This document shows positions 42,801-57,475 of a DNA stretch of 64,000 nucleotides, piece after piece. The translations under genes were made by a program, and so were the position numbers. The stretch is from the NCBI RefSeq assembly GCF_009914755.1, contig NC_060942.1. One strand, written 5' to 3'. The stretch's first letter is position 1; each line of letters begins with the position of its first letter. Under the pieces are notes generated by a model. That model did no database searches. It had not been told where the DNA came from and saw nothing but the letters and a program-made list of their open reading frames with translations. Source of the DNA: the human T2T-CHM13v2.0 reference genome, Homo sapiens.

Positions 42801-43205
42801 GAATCCAGCTGCTCTGCTCAGTGTTCCGTTCAATAAACTAGCATTGTTGCTTCGCAAAGTGCTTTTGCTTACATTATTCATTTACTCCGGTAACTCAGTA
42901 AGGTTATTCCCATTTTACAGAAAATAAACTCAAATGTCCTGTGACTTGCCAAGGATTACAGAGAGGGGCGAATGCTGTGCTGTCTACCGCTGAGTACAAT
43001 CCCTAATACCATTCCCACTCCCGAAGTGGTTACACCCCAAGTACTGACGTTTTAAGGGACAAGTTTGACATCCGCAACCCCATGCTTTCACAGGAGAACA
43101 CAATGGCCCTTGAAAAAGTGAGAACTGACCCACATAAAATTTGTTACAATACATACACATATCTCTCCTCAGATAATCTTAATCGCAATTGAAAAATAAG
43201 TTTGA

Positions 43206-43510
43206 GGCCGGGCGCGGTGGCTCATGCCTGTAATCCCAGCACTTTGGGAGGTCGAGATGGGCAGATCACATGAGCCAAGGAGTTCGAGACCAGCCTGGCC
43301 AACATGGCTAAACCGCATCTCTACAAAACATACAGAAATTAGCCGAGTGTAGAGACGCATGCCTGTAGTCCCCGCTTCTTGGGAGGCTGAGGGGTGAGGA
43401 TCACCTCAATCTGGGGAGGTGGAGACTGCAGTTAGCCATGATTGCGCCACTGCCCTCCAGCCTGGGCTGCAAAGTGAGAGCGTCTCAAAAAATAAATAAA
43501 TAAATAAATT
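43206..43510 (+). mobile_element. AluJ
   Basis: Dimer with (TAAA)n tail. Confidence 0.85.
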
Positions 43511-45446
43511 TAAGCCTAAATGCACCACAGCCCCACCTCGTGACTTCCTTCTCTAGCCCCTTTCCCTAGGGACTCCTGGAAAATGTACTTGTACTCGTAA
43601 CTGAGGAATTAGGGAGAGGACGGAGATGCTTGAAAAGCACTTGCTAATTAATAAAGAACAATAACAAAAAATCCCTTTTGGTATGACGCCGCCCCAAAAG
43701 TATGTTAGTACTGGAATCTGAAGTGAAGAAAGAAGAGGCTGGTTTACTCAGTTTATGACGCTAGGGGACTAGGGAGAGGTTTGGATCCCAATTAAAGTAC
43801 AGTAAAACTAAATCTGAAGAAATTCTTGCTTCAAACAAGGGGCTTTCACAGGATAAGACTTTTTGCTGATGCAGCTGCCAACACAAATAGCAAACAGCCC
43901 AAAAGTGCAGGTGGGAATGTGTTTCTGGCGCTGGTGGGTAGGGTAGGTTAAATGACTCACGTCAGGGGAGAATTTGAAACGAGGGCAAGGCTTGGCAGTG
44001 GTGTGAAGTCACAGGAGACAATTTAAGGAGAATATGAACGACAGTCAGAAGCTTCAAGGAGAAGGAGGAACTGTGGGATGTGGCAAGAGGTCAGGGATGA
44101 TGAATTCATGGGTATGGTCCACCAAACAGCCAGATATCAGAGGCCAAAGTTAAAAACAGCAACAACAAAAAAGGGAGCAGACATAAAAGATTGATTAGAA
44201 AAGTTTCACAGTCAGGTAGTTAGAGCAAGAACAGGTTTTTGTTTGCTGTTTTAATTTTTTAAAAATTTTGGGGGTAAAGTGAAAAGAAATTAGCAGGAAT
44301 AAGGTCCCAGTAGGGTGAGCACCTACTATATACCAGTTGTATCGTAAACACCGGGAATTCAATGGTAAAATATAGATTCTTGCCCTTTAGGGGCTAATAG
44401 ACTAAGTAAAGAGAAAGATGAATAAATTGACTTTTCTAAACAATGTGGCAACATTCTGATGGAGACAACTGCAGGATACTATAAAAGCACAAAGAAAGGG
44501 AGGTCCTGGGTAGAGACTGGGATTGGAGTTGATGGAGAAAGCTGGTGTTGATACATTTGAGACTGAGGTACCAGTGTGGGATGTTGTTTAGATTTGCTGG
44601 ATTAAAGGACAGCAGGATGAGTGGCTGAGGATGAGGCTGAAGAGGCAAACAGCAGCCTAGTTTTAAAGGGTTTGACAGGCCAAGTAAAGGGCTATGAACT
44701 AAGGTTTTAAGCAGAAACTTGAATTAGTGGCATGTGCACATCTGCAATTCAGGTAGGGCTCTCTGATAGCAACACGAAGGATAGATTTGAAGGGAGGCAA
44801 AACTCAAGACAGGGTTACCAGCTCTGAAGCTGTTGCAAAGATCCAGGCTGCAGCTGGTGAAGGTCTGAACTAGCACAGAGGGGACGAGAATGGAGGCAGA
44901 TTCTGGAAACACTTGGGAGGCTGGTGCTTGCTTAGATGGAAGACTGACAGATGATTGGGTACATAATGTGTCATTCAGGGAAGTTAAACAACAGAGTATG
45001 TTTGACAATGGCTTATGTGGATATTTGAGGGGATTTTTGGGTAGACTGGATCAGAAGCTGAATGGGATGCTATCATCAATAACTGCACATAATTGGACAT
45101 TTTGTGTGATCATGTGAAAATAAATATCAAACATGTTTTATATCTGAATGCTTCCCTTATATAGGTATGTAAAGATCTCTATGACTTTTATGAACCATTT
45201 CTAAGGCAATCACTCTACAATGACATTATAGAGACATTTATTTCTCAACTTTGTACTCTTCACCACTCCCTTCATCCCAACATATTTGCTCTCCACCTAG
45301 GTAGAAGCTTTTAGGGGCATGGATCTGTGTCTGTCTAAACACATAACCCTTGTTTTTTTTGACCCGAGGTGCATGAAGTGGATGTATTATACACAGCTGC
45401 CATGTTTCTATAGGATAAGGAATTAGAAGGTTAAGAAATTTAGGTT

Positions 45447-45742
45447 GGCTCAAGCATGGTGGCTCATGCCTGTAATCCTAGCACTTTGGGAGATCGAGGT
45501 AGGAGGATTGCCTGAGCCCAGTAGTTCGAGACTAGCCTGGACAACATGGCAAAACCCCATCTCCACAAAAAAATACCAAAAATTAGCTGGGCATAGTGGC
45601 ATGCACCTTTGGTCTCAGCTTCTTGGGAGGCTGAGATGGGAGAATCACTTGAGCCCAGGAAGTCAAGGCTGCAGTGAGCCATGATCATTCCACTGCACTC
45701 CAACTCGGGCAACAGAATGAGACCCTGTCTCAAAAAAAAAGA
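45447..45742 (+). mobile_element. AluJ
   Basis: Diverged dimer with A tail. Confidence 0.85.
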
Positions 45743-45757
45743 AACTTAGGTTTATAA

Positions 45758-46015
45758 ACACTGCATGTTCTCACTTATAAGTGAGAGCTAAACATTGAGT
45801 ACACATGGACACAAAGAGGGGAATAATAGACATTAGGGCCTACTTGAGTGGGGGGTCGGGGTTCAAAAACTACCCACTATGCCTATTACCTGGGTGATGA
45901 GATAATATGTACACCAAACCCCCATTCAGTTAATCTGTATAACAAGCCTCCACATGTACCCCAAAACTGAAATAAAAAATTAACAAAAATAAAAACTTTA
46001 AAATTAAAAAAAAAA
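45758..46015 (+). mobile_element. L1P 3' end fragment
   Basis: GCATGTTCTCACTTATAAGTG...ACATGTACCCC...AATAAAAA poly-A. Confidence 0.8.
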
Positions 46016-46123
46016 GAAATTTAGATTGAGCAATAAAAAGCAATTTGCCTACAATGGAACTATGGTTTCCAAGCAAGTGGTGGATGGGTTGTATGTGTAG
46101 GAGTCCAAGTGGGGGTACACACT

Positions 46124-46740
46124 TGTCAACCTGAAATAATAAAAGGGTCAGAATCCAGTTTTAAAGAGTTTATTCAAACAAAAAGCTGGGAATAGCCATT
46201 CCAGGACACACAGACTCCAGAGAAATGGGATCAGTGCTCCAAAGTTAAAAGTTAAATCTTGCTAATATAGGAAGAAGACAAAGAAATTTATCAGGATTGC
46301 AACATTTTCTATACAAGGCTGGCTTAATAGTTTCAACAAATTAATTAGTTAGTTTGTTTTCTTTTCCATATAGCTTGTTTTCTTTATAGTTGGTTTTCAT
46401 TTGGTTTCCAATTTAAAAGAGTGTATTTAACATTCTATCTTAAGTCAATGTGATAGTCAAGAAGTCTGTGTGTGAGAAAGGTAAGAGAAAGGTGAATCTA
46501 TAATAAAGGCCAACAGTGGAGAGGGAAGGGGTCTTCCTCTTCCCTTTGGCCATATATAACATTTTACAAAACAATGCAGGTAAGGGAAAAGGCTTCATCT
46601 GTAATCAGAGAAACAGAAGGTTATAGCTCCCTAGTTTATAGGTGCCTACCATGTGACTCAGGATCAGTAATAACATTCTTCCAAGTCCTAAAATAATTTA
46701 GAGTTCTAGCAGCTTAGATTTCGAATGACTCTTTTTCACA
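46124..46740 (-). mobile_element. ERV1-class (MER4-group-like) solo LTR
   Basis: TG...CA ends, minus-strand AATAAA near one end, imperfect 4-bp TSD CACT/CAGT; subfamily not determined. Confidence 0.65.
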
Positions 46741-46843
46741 CAGTGAACAGATATGAGAGTTTGTGTGAGGGAACTAGGGGAGCTCTCTCTCCCTTAGTGG
46801 AAGACGTGAATAAAGTATCAAGTTGGGAAAACAATTAAGGAAG

Positions 46844-47214
46844 TGTATTAGTCTGTTTTCACGCCGCTGATAAAGACATACCTGAGACTGGCAATTTACA
46901 AAAGAAAGAGGTTTAGTTGGACTTACAGTTCCACATGGCTGGGGAGGCCTCACAATCGTGGCAGAAGGCAAAGAGGAGCAAGTCATATCTTACGTGGATG
47001 GCAGCAGGCAAGAGAAAAGAGAGCTTGTGCAGAGTAACTCCTGTTTTTAAAACCATCAGATCTAATGAGACCCATTCACTATCATGAGAACAGCATGGGG
47101 AAAGACCCGCCCCCATGCTTCAGTCATCTCCCACCGGGTCCCTCCCACAACACATGGGGATTATGGGAGCTACAAAATGAGATTTGGGTGGGGACACAAA
47201 GCCAAACCATATCA
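46844..47214 (-). mobile_element. THE1 solo LTR
   Basis: TGTATTAGTCTGTTTTCACG...GCCAAACCATATCA; perfect TSD GGAAG. Confidence 0.92.
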
Positions 47215-47553
47215 GGAAGTATCCCAAACTGAGTTCATCTTCTCTCTCCATCACCCTCAATAGGCCAAATTCCTTGCTTTGATAGTGAAACTGCTGTTAG
47301 CTCTATGTTCCAGGCAGTAAGTCTTAGGAGTCATCTTACACATTTTTCTTTCCCTTGTTTATGAAATCCAATGTGGTCTCAAAGTCAACAGACAAACCTG
47401 GGTTCACTCCCCAACTCTGCCGCAAGCTACTGTGGGTTAAGTCCTAAAATTCTCTAATCCTTATTTCCTGATTATAAAATTGGGATCATAATAATCTGAA
47501 GATTAAATGAAATAATGTAGCTAAAGCTCCCCAGGTGATTTCAGTGGGCACTT

Positions 47554-48035
47554 GTATTAGCTTCCTGTGGCCACTGCAACAAATTATCACAAATCTGGTG
47601 GCTTAAAACAACAGAAATATATTTCCTCACAGTTCTAAAGGCCAGAAGTCAGAAACCCATTTCACCGGGCTTAAAGTGACAGCATGCAGGGCAGTCCTCC
47701 TTCTGGAGGCTCTAGAGGAGAATTCATTCCTTTCTTCCTCCAGCATTTTTTGGCTGTCAGCATTCCTTGGCTTCTGGCTGCATCACTCCAATCTTCAAGG
47801 CCAACATCTTCAAATCTCCCTCTACGTCCTTTTCATAAGGATGCATGTGGTTGCATTTAGGTCCCACCCAGATAATCCAGAATAATCTATCCATCTCAAG
47901 ACCCTTAATTTAAACACATCTGCAAAGTCTCTTTTTCCAAATAAGGTAACATTGGTAAATGTGATGTAAACATTTGTAAATGTTCCAGGAATTAGGACCT
48001 GATATCGTTTGAGACCATTTTTTAACCCACCACAG
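47554..48035 (-). mobile_element. MLT1 LTR
   Basis: GGTGGCTTAAAACAACAGAAAT...CACATCTGCAAAGTCTCTTTTTCCAAATAAGGT. Confidence 0.8.
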
Positions 48036-48139
48036 CAGCCAATGGGGAGAGTCTCCATATTTGCTAAATAAAGAATTGTCTCAAAAAAAAAAAATCTTTG
48101 AGAAGACAAGCATTTGAGAGGAATTTTAACCCATGATCT

Positions 48140-48350
48140 GTGGCTCTTTGTGTACCCAACGTGGTAACCACTAGACACCTGTGGCTAATTACATTTAAAT
48201 TTTAATTAATTAAAATTAGAAATTCAATTCCTCAGTCACACTTGCCACAGTTCAAATGCTCACTAGCCTCATGTGGCTAGTGGTTCCCATAATGGACAGC
48301 ACAAGTATAGAACATTTTCATCAGCACAGAAAGCTCTAACAGACATTGCT
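48140..48350. mobile_element. MER3/MER33-like hAT fragment
   Basis: AGCCTCATGTGGCTAGTGG and AGAACATTTTCATCAGCACAGAAAG motifs. Confidence 0.65.
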
Positions 48351-48707
48351 GGGTACCTCTTGAAATATATGTTTCTAGGTGCATATGTGCATTTTTCTTG
48401 GGGCAGGGTCTAACAGAAGACACAAGCTATAAATCTTGACAATGACCAGTCTGTTGACGGGTTCTATTTAGCCCATTGTTTTAAAATTGAATTGGTTGTT
48501 AACTTTTAAGTTTTGATTTAAGACATTATAAAGAAAAACAAACTACAAGGCCAGAGGATTGCTTGGGCCCAGAAATTTGAGACCAGCTTGGGGAACATAG
48601 GGGGACGCCACTCATCTCTACAAAAAAATTAAAAAATTAACCAAGGGTGGTGGCACATGCCTGTGGTCCCAGCTACTCAGGAGGCTGAGATGGGAGAATC
48701 ACTTGAT

Positions 48708-49406
<699 letters not shown>

Positions 49407-50088
49407 AAAGGGAATTCTCTCCTCCATCTTCTGAGCACTCCTGACTGTTCCTCTTGTTCTGCAACCTTACATATTATTAGTGTTCTCCATTGTTCTGCCT
49501 TTTGTTCCCGCACTTTTCATGCCGTAGGCTCTCTCTGGCTAGCTTATCTATTGCCACCTATGAGGCTTCAACTACCATATCTAAAGTAATTAGTTCCAAC
49601 CTATATCTTGGGCCTGACCTTTTTTTTTAGTCTCTTCTCCATAGAGTTGACTGCTACTTAACATAACTGCTTGTTTCCCGACACCCTACACTGATCATGA
49701 ATTATTCCTCTCTTTCCCTCTACCTGCCTCTTTTCTCCTGTATCTTCTATCTTCTGGACTAGCACTGCCATTCACCCATTTTCTCCAACAGAAATTTGGA
49801 ATCTTCTATGATGTGTCAATTTCACTCATGTACATGTTAGGCAGCGTCTGCGTCTTATTTATCCTTGTGCTGTCTATGTCCATGCTCCATAAAAACATAA
49901 TAAAAAAAGGAGAGGAACAAATTGATAAAAGAGTCAGTTTGCTCATAGCAATGAGCTTATGAGAGTGGACTGGAAACAAGAAGATGTGAAGTTTGATTCA
50001 TATTCGTAATGGGAGCCCAGTGTAAGATAGGAAGGAAATGAAGGATGAGGTCAAAATGTTAAATGTGAAATTTAACAAAGATTATTCA

Positions 50089-50599
<511 letters not shown>

Positions 50600-50739
50600 C
50601 TATAACATTGGATGCTCAGCACACTGCCCCGTATGAAGTCTTGCTCCTCACCTCTCTTCCAAGGCATGGGGCTCCATGTTTTCATCTTCAATTTTGTTCT
50701 CCACAGACTGGAACTAAATATTCAGCTATATGTGAGGTG

Positions 50740-51165
50740 ATTCCTCTATGAGTTTCCTCCCTAGGAAATTCATACTGTAACTACCACAAACTTCGTGGCT
50801 TGAAACAACAGGGATTTATTATCACATGGGTCTGGAGGCTAGAAGTCTGAAATGAAGGTGTTGGTAAGGTCATACCCTCAGTGAAGGCTCTAGGGAGGAA
50901 GCCTTCCGTGTCTGTATGATTCCCGCTGGTTGCCGGCAGTCTTTGACATTCCTCATCACATGGCCTTCTTCCCTCTGTGTCTGAGTGTGGTTCCATGTAT
51001 CTATCATCTTTTTAAAAGACACCAGTCGTTGGCTTTAGGACCCACCTAGCAATCAAGTATGACCTCATCTTAATTAATTACATCTGCAAAAAATGTACGT
51101 TTCCAATAAGGTCATTCTGAGGTTCTAGGTGGACACAAATTTTGGGGGTATTCAACCCAGCACAC
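50740..51165 (-). mobile_element. MLT1 LTR
   Basis: TACCACAAACTTCGTGGCTTGAAACAACAG...TAATTACATCTGCAAA. Confidence 0.75.
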
Positions 51166-52019
51166 TGCCTTTGCCAGCTAGTAATTTGTTGAAATTCACC
51201 CTTCTGTGACTGCTATGTAACATGAAGTGGGTCTTTTAAATCTATTTCCTTAAGGCAGAGAATGAAGGAAGGGGCCTAAGAAAGGTGGCAAGTCCTGGAT
51301 GGAAGGTGGATTATGACACCTGGGAAAGCAACATCTGTGATGGGTGGAGAGACTCAAACCGCAAATTTGAATACAAGTCATTCTATCCAACTGCCTGATG
51401 CCTTTGGAATCTACCCCTTGGCAAAGACCACGACAAAATATGGTAAACAGAATATAAGGCTATGATGGGATGTATTTATAGTCACAGGAAAATACAGGGC
51501 TCTGCCTTGTGGAGGAGATGAAATGGAAACCAATGTGATCTATAACTAATCATCACTCACTTTGTACATTCATAAAATTTCCCGGAAGCAGGAAACTGGA
51601 ATGAGAATAGGCAAACTGGAAGCAATGCACTGAGCAGTTGTTCTGCCTCCATTCTTTTCTAGATGACAAAACTAAAGACCCCCACAGTGAAAATGCTTAT
51701 CCCAATTTAGCCAGCTATTAAGTGACAGAACCCAAACTGGATCCCATATCTCCTGACTCTGTTCTTCCTATTTGATCCTGATGCCCCTCAGGAAAATAAT
51801 TAGAATAAAATAAAAACATACTTCTTGCAAGTTCTGACAATTATTACCTAGAAAGAGGATTTGAGGAAATGGCATTTTTGAGGAAATGGTGAGAAATTTG
51901 CCTTTAATTCATATGTGTGTGAGGGAGAGTTCATTTAATTTCTTAGTTTAATATTAAGTTGTAGAAACAGTGTTTGATAAACCAAATCACAGGAGGAAAA
52001 ATAAGAAAAAAGCTCCTTA

Positions 52020-52290
52020 ACAGTAGGCGTGATGTTAACAATTTGTCAGCAGGAGGCGCTAGAGAGACATTGCAGGAGGAAGGGCTTCCCTTCTGGGTCT
52101 GGTGCGCACAGCTTCTCTAGCATCCAGTAACAGCTCCTCCCTGTTTGCTCTTGCATCCTTTGGGGCAGTTTTGTAGCCGAGTGCCTCCAGTGAGAAGCCT
52201 CCCAGTGAATGGCTGTCTCTTGCATTCTAGAGGGAAGACTTCTGGTAAGTTCTGAAGGGCAGATTTCAGGAAAGTTTCACTACCATGGCA
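52020..52290. mobile_element. ERVL LTR fragment (LTR33/LTR41-like)
   Basis: CAGCAGGAGGCGCTAGAGAGACATTGCAGG motif; assignment from memory of the consensus. Confidence 0.45.
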
Positions 52291-52299
52291 AAACAGTGA

Positions 52300-54050
52300 C
52301 TTTTCTGCTATCCAGTGAGCCAAGGCTATGTACCACAGAGGAGGTGCCTAACAATCACGTGGACAAAATGACACTCTCGGTGAATATAAGTCAGTCTCTT
52401 TCCCTAGTGCTTGCTCAACGGACTGTAAACAAAGTAGCCACAGTGGCAAGGATGGAGACTATGTATGGGCTCAAAAACAGGGACCGTCTCCACTCACCAA
52501 AACTGACCTAGCGAACACCACCATGTGTACCTACTTTGTCAACAGCAGAGGCCAGTACTAAGCCCTTCAAATGGTCCTCCACCGTTTGAAGAGGGCAACA
52601 CTAAGCCCTTCAAATAGTCCATGGGAACCAGCCAGCCACCTGGTGGCAGGTTGATTACATTGGACCATTTTATTCATAGAGGAAACAGATTAATCCTCAC
52701 TGGAATAGACATATATTCTGAATATGGATTCACCTTCCCTGCCTGTTATTCTTCAGCTAGCCCTACTATGTATGTACTTACGAAATGCCTTAGTCATCTT
52801 CTTGGTATTCTGCACAGCATTGTTTCTCATCAAGGATCTCATTTCACAGCAAATGAAGGATAGCAATGAGTTCATGTCTATGGAAGGAATCAATTGGTCT
52901 TACCACCCACATACTCCAACATCCAGAAGCAGCTGGCCTAACTGAAAGTTGGAATCACTTACTGAAGACTCAATTATGGTGTCAGTTGGGAGACAGCACC
53001 CCAAAACAACAGCATTCTGTCTTACAGGGTATCATACATGCTTGGAATCTGAGATCATTATATGATGCTGTTTCTTCATAGCCAGATTACATGGATCTGG
53101 GCATCAAGGGGTAAAAGTGAGCATGACTCCTCTCACTTTTATACCCAATAATCCATTTGCAGAATTTTTCTTCCTCTTTCAGAAACTTAGAACTATGCTG
53201 GTTTGGAAGTCATAGTCCCCAAGGGAGGGATTCTTCTACCAGCAGACACAGTGTTTCAATTGAATGGGACCATTCAGGAGGGTGAAACTGCTTCCTAGAC
53301 ATATTAGACTTCTTATGCCATTGGACCAACTGGAAAATAAAAAAGTTATATAGGGGAGGTGCTTGATCATGGTTACCAAGAGGAACTTGGGTTGCTACTA
53401 CACTATAGGGGCAAGGACTATGTCTGAAACTCAGGGAATTATCTAGGGATGCCTCTTATACTTCTGTGGCCACTAGTAAAGGTTAATGGAAAACTACAGA
53501 AACCAAAAAAGTCAGGGTTAACAACTTAGATTCTCCAGGAATAAAGGTTTGGGTCACTATACTGGGTAGAGAACCCCAGCAAGCTGTGTTTCTAGCTAAG
53601 GATGGAGGATAGGTGGACTAGTTAATGGAAGAAGGAAGGGGTAGATATTCAGTTTCACAACAAATTACAAAACCAAGGACAGTAATAGCTTTGTGTATTT
53701 TCTGTTTGCTTATTATATACATTTGTTTATTTTATGTTCTAACCATTTTCATCTTCTTTCTCCACATTGTCGTTTTATACACAAATAGTTTAAACTTAAC
53801 TTTACAATGTGTTCTTTAGGTTACAGAATATTTAGTGGGACTATGACTGAATTTGGGGAGTAATTAATATAACCAGTAATGAATACAATGACTGCCAGGA
53901 CTGCGCATCTCTACATTTTGAGGAAATGGTGAGAAATTTGCCTTTAAAAAACATGGTTGTATTTTATTACAGAAGAAAATTAGAGTTGCTTTGTTGATGT
54001 ACAGATGTGCTCAAAGATGTGAAGAAGGTTGCACGTGTAGGTTAAGTAGT
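52300..54050 (+). mobile_element. Ancient ERVL internal region (integrase and dUTPase-like remnants)
   Basis: ORF pieces ILTGIDIYSEYGFTFPA...IVSHQGSHFTANE and HPEAAGLTESWNHLLKTQL match the ERVL integrase D,D(35)E core. Confidence 0.85.
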
Positions 54051-54100
54051 CAGAGTCCTATTCTCATTTGAATCTCTGTGCTTTTGCTCAAGCTATTCTA

Positions 54101-55369
54101 TGAGGGAAACTTCAAAAAGTTCATGGAAAATGTGTATTATGAAAAACTATGCATGGATTTCAAATTTTTTGCAAATAAACTCATACCAACTTGATATGAC
54201 ATGTCTGAATAGAACCTAGTTTGAGGCACTAAGAAGGATAAGATATCAATTTGAAAAGAGCCCCTATTGGAGCAACATGAATTCTGCTAAAATTGAAGCA
54301 AGAACAAACATCGAATTTATGGTGATGCTTGCATGGAAGAATGGTGAAATCACTGATGCTTTACAAAAAGTTTATGAGGATGATGTCCCCAAATAAATCA
54401 GCAGTTTACAAATAGATAAACCACTTGAAGAAGGACAAGATAACGTTGAAGATGAAGCCTGCAGTGGCAGACCATCCACATCAATTTGCAAGGGAAAAAA
54501 GGATCTTGTTCATGCTCTAGTTGAAAAGGACTGACAATTAACAGCACAAACAATAGCCAACACCACAGATGTCTCAAGTGGCTCAGCTTACGTAATTCTG
54601 ACTAAAAAATTTGAGCAAACTTTCCACTCTATGAGTGCCAAAACCATTGCGCCCAGATCCACTGCAGACAAGAGCAGAGCTTTCAGTGGAAATTTTAAAC
54701 AAATAAGATATAGACCCAGTAGCATTTCCTTGAAGAATTGTAACAGGAGATGAAACATGTCTTTACTAGTGTGATTCTGAAGACAAAGTACAATCAAAGC
54801 AATGGCTACCGAGACGTGGAAGTGGTCCAGTCAAAGCAAAAGTGGACTGGTTAAGAGCAAAGGTTGTGACAACAGTTTTCTGGAATGCTCAAGGAATTTT
54901 TCTTGCTGACTTTCTGGAGGGTCAAAGAATGATAACACTGCTTATTATGAGGGTGGTTTGAGACAGTTAGCCAAAACTTTAGCAGAAAAACACCCAGAAA
55001 TCTTCACCAGAGAGTCCTTCTTCACAGTGACAATGTTGCTACTCATTCCTCTCATTAAACAAGGACAGTTTTGCAAAGGTTTCAATGGGAAATCATTAGA
55101 CATCATCCATCTTACAGTCCTGATTGGGCTCATTCTGACTTTTTTTATTTTCTAATCTAAAAAAAATCTGTAAAGGGCACCCATTTTTTTCGTCAGTTAA
55201 TAATGTAAAAAAGACTGCATTGACATGGTTAAATTCCCAGGACCCTCAGTTCTTTAGGAGGGTCTCATCACTTACAAAAGTGTCTGGAGCCTATGTTGAG
55301 AAATAAAGTTTTAATTTTTCAATTTTTATCTCTTAATTTTGTTTTTCCACAAACTTTAAGTTCCCCGTG
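54101..55369 (+). mobile_element. HSMAR2 mariner transposon, near full length, defective transposase
   Basis: TA on both flanks; degenerate TIRs; ATG 54277 MNSAKIEARTNIEFMV...; VTGDET, DN and YSPD..SD catalytic motifs; multiple stops and frameshifts. Confidence 0.92.
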
Positions 55370-55989
55370 TATATACCTTAAATGACTCCTCCCATCCTCT
55401 CAAATTTGAGACACAGTTTATTTCATCATGAAGTTTCTTCCAGTTACCCTACCCTGCAGTGATTTCTTTCTCTGTGTCCCTGAAGGATTTGATAGTATCG
55501 TACATTTAGTACCTAATTATACATTCTGAACATAATTATCTTTTAATTATTGGATGTATTATACTGTTCTCCATCCCCTGCCCCACCTGCCCCAGTCCAC
55601 TAGACCCTAAGCTCTTTTAGGATGATATCTCATTCCTTTTTTGCACTGTCCATCGAAAACACACATACAGTGAGTCACTACTCGATGAATACTTCTTAAT
55701 TAAATAACTGTCCTTACCCACTTGCTGCACTGATCAATCTCCATCTTGCTCCGAATTCAGTGTTTCCGCCAATACAGTGTTTTTCAACCTAATTTGACTA
55801 GAGAGCATCTTTGACATCAATATCTAATTTCTCAAAACCACTTGGGACTAAAAAGATAATTTGTCAATTTTTGCTTGATATGTAAAAATGATTTACATAA
55901 AATGTTTTATTTTGAATTAACATATCATAAAATTCTTTAAAAACATATTCTACATTTGTAATATGACTTTTTTCCATTATTTAGAAATA

Positions 55990-56440
55990 ATTAAGAAAGC
56001 AGAGTTAAAATACTGTACTGTAGTTCTTCAAAACATTAAAATAGAATTACTGTATGATCCAGCAACTCCACTTCTGGGTGTATACCCAAATTAATTGAAA
56101 GCAGGGACTCAAAAAGATATGTGTACACCCATATTCATAACAGCATTATTCACAGTAGCCACCGAGTGAAAGCAACACAAGTGTCCATCAGTAGATTCAT
56201 GGATAGAGAAAATGTGGTATGCATTTAATGGCATATTATTCAGTCTTAAAAAGGAAGGAAATTTTGACACATGCTACAACATGGATGAATCTTGAGGATA
56301 TTATGTGAAGAGAAATAAGATAGTTACAAAAAAAATACTATGTGATTTCACTTATATGAGTTTCCAGGATTAGTTAAATTTATAGAGCCAAAAAGTAGAA
56401 TGGAGGCTGCCAGGGGCTGGGGAAGGGGGAATAGGGAAGT
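55990..56440 (+). mobile_element. L1MA/L1MB 3' fragment
   Basis: ATGATCCAGCAACTCCACTTCTGGGT...ACATGGATGAATCTTGAGGA. Confidence 0.82.
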
Positions 56441-57084
56441 GGGTAGTAGCTGCAGTCAGATGATCCTGAAGCTGAAATCATCTGAAGACCTATCAACTCA
56501 CATGTCTGGTGGTGCATGTGATAGTATGTTGGACATGACGTGTCTGCATAGCTGGAGTCTATCCAGATATCTCTCCATGCTGCCTCTCCATGTGGCCAGG
56601 TCGGGCTTCCTCAAAGTATGACAATGTGAGGGTGGTCAGACTTCTTACATGGTGCCTGGCTTCCTCTAGAATTTGCATTCCAAAAGACTTGGGGAGAAGT
56701 TTCAAGGCTTCTTATGACCTAGCCTCACACAACCCAGAATATCACAATTTTGCTATATCCTATTGGTCAAAGAAGTCACTAAAGTCAGCCCAGATTCAAG
56801 GAGAGAAGAACTAGACTTCACCCCCTAAAGGGAGAAATAGCAAAACAATTTCAGCCATCTGTAAGCTATTATAAGTGAGCTCATCCAATTGTAAAGTGCA
56901 ATTATTACTTTCATTCCCATTTTCTGTAATAACAGACTGCATCAGTCATATTATGTATTCACTAACATACTGTATTACTGGAAAATTAACTCCTTACATG
57001 TGACAAGACTTTTTGCCTAGGAAAAAAAAAATCTAACTTTTTGTGTTACTATAGAATTTCCATTTTTACCCATTTCTAGTTTCT

Positions 57085-57371
57085 GTTTTTTTGAGACGGA
57101 GTCTCGCTCTGTCACCCAGGCTGGCATGCAGTGGCTCTCCGCTCACTGCAACCTCCACCTCCCGGGTTCAAGCAATTCTCCTGCCTCAGCCTCCTGAGTA
57201 TCTGGGAAGACAGGCCTGCACCACCACGCCTGGCTAACTTTTGTATTTTTTAGTAGAGATCGGGTTTCACCATGTTGGTTACGCTGGTCTCGAACTCCCA
57301 ACCTCAGGTGGTCCACTCACCTCGGCCTCCCAAAGTGCTTGGATTATAGGCGTGAGCCACCACACCCGGCC
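57085..57371 (-). mobile_element. AluS
   Basis: Antisense dimer; TSD CATTTCTAGTTT. Confidence 0.88.
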
Positions 57372-57475
57372 TACATACATTTCTAGTTTTTAATATAATT
57401 TCCTATTTCTTAACTTGAAGATTGCTTTACTTTTTTTCTCACACAAATGTTTTTATTGAGATATAATTTACTTAC

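Noticed and set aside
41909-42881. ORFs up to 225 aa at the ZNF396 promoter
   Set aside because: Same CpG-island artefact
43953-43964. Overlapping AP-1/CRE-like motif TGACTCACGTCA
   Set aside because: Short motif with no independent support
51555-51590. GKFYECTK* resembling a zinc-finger start on the minus strand
   Set aside because: Too short; no second Cys, His pair or neighbouring fingers
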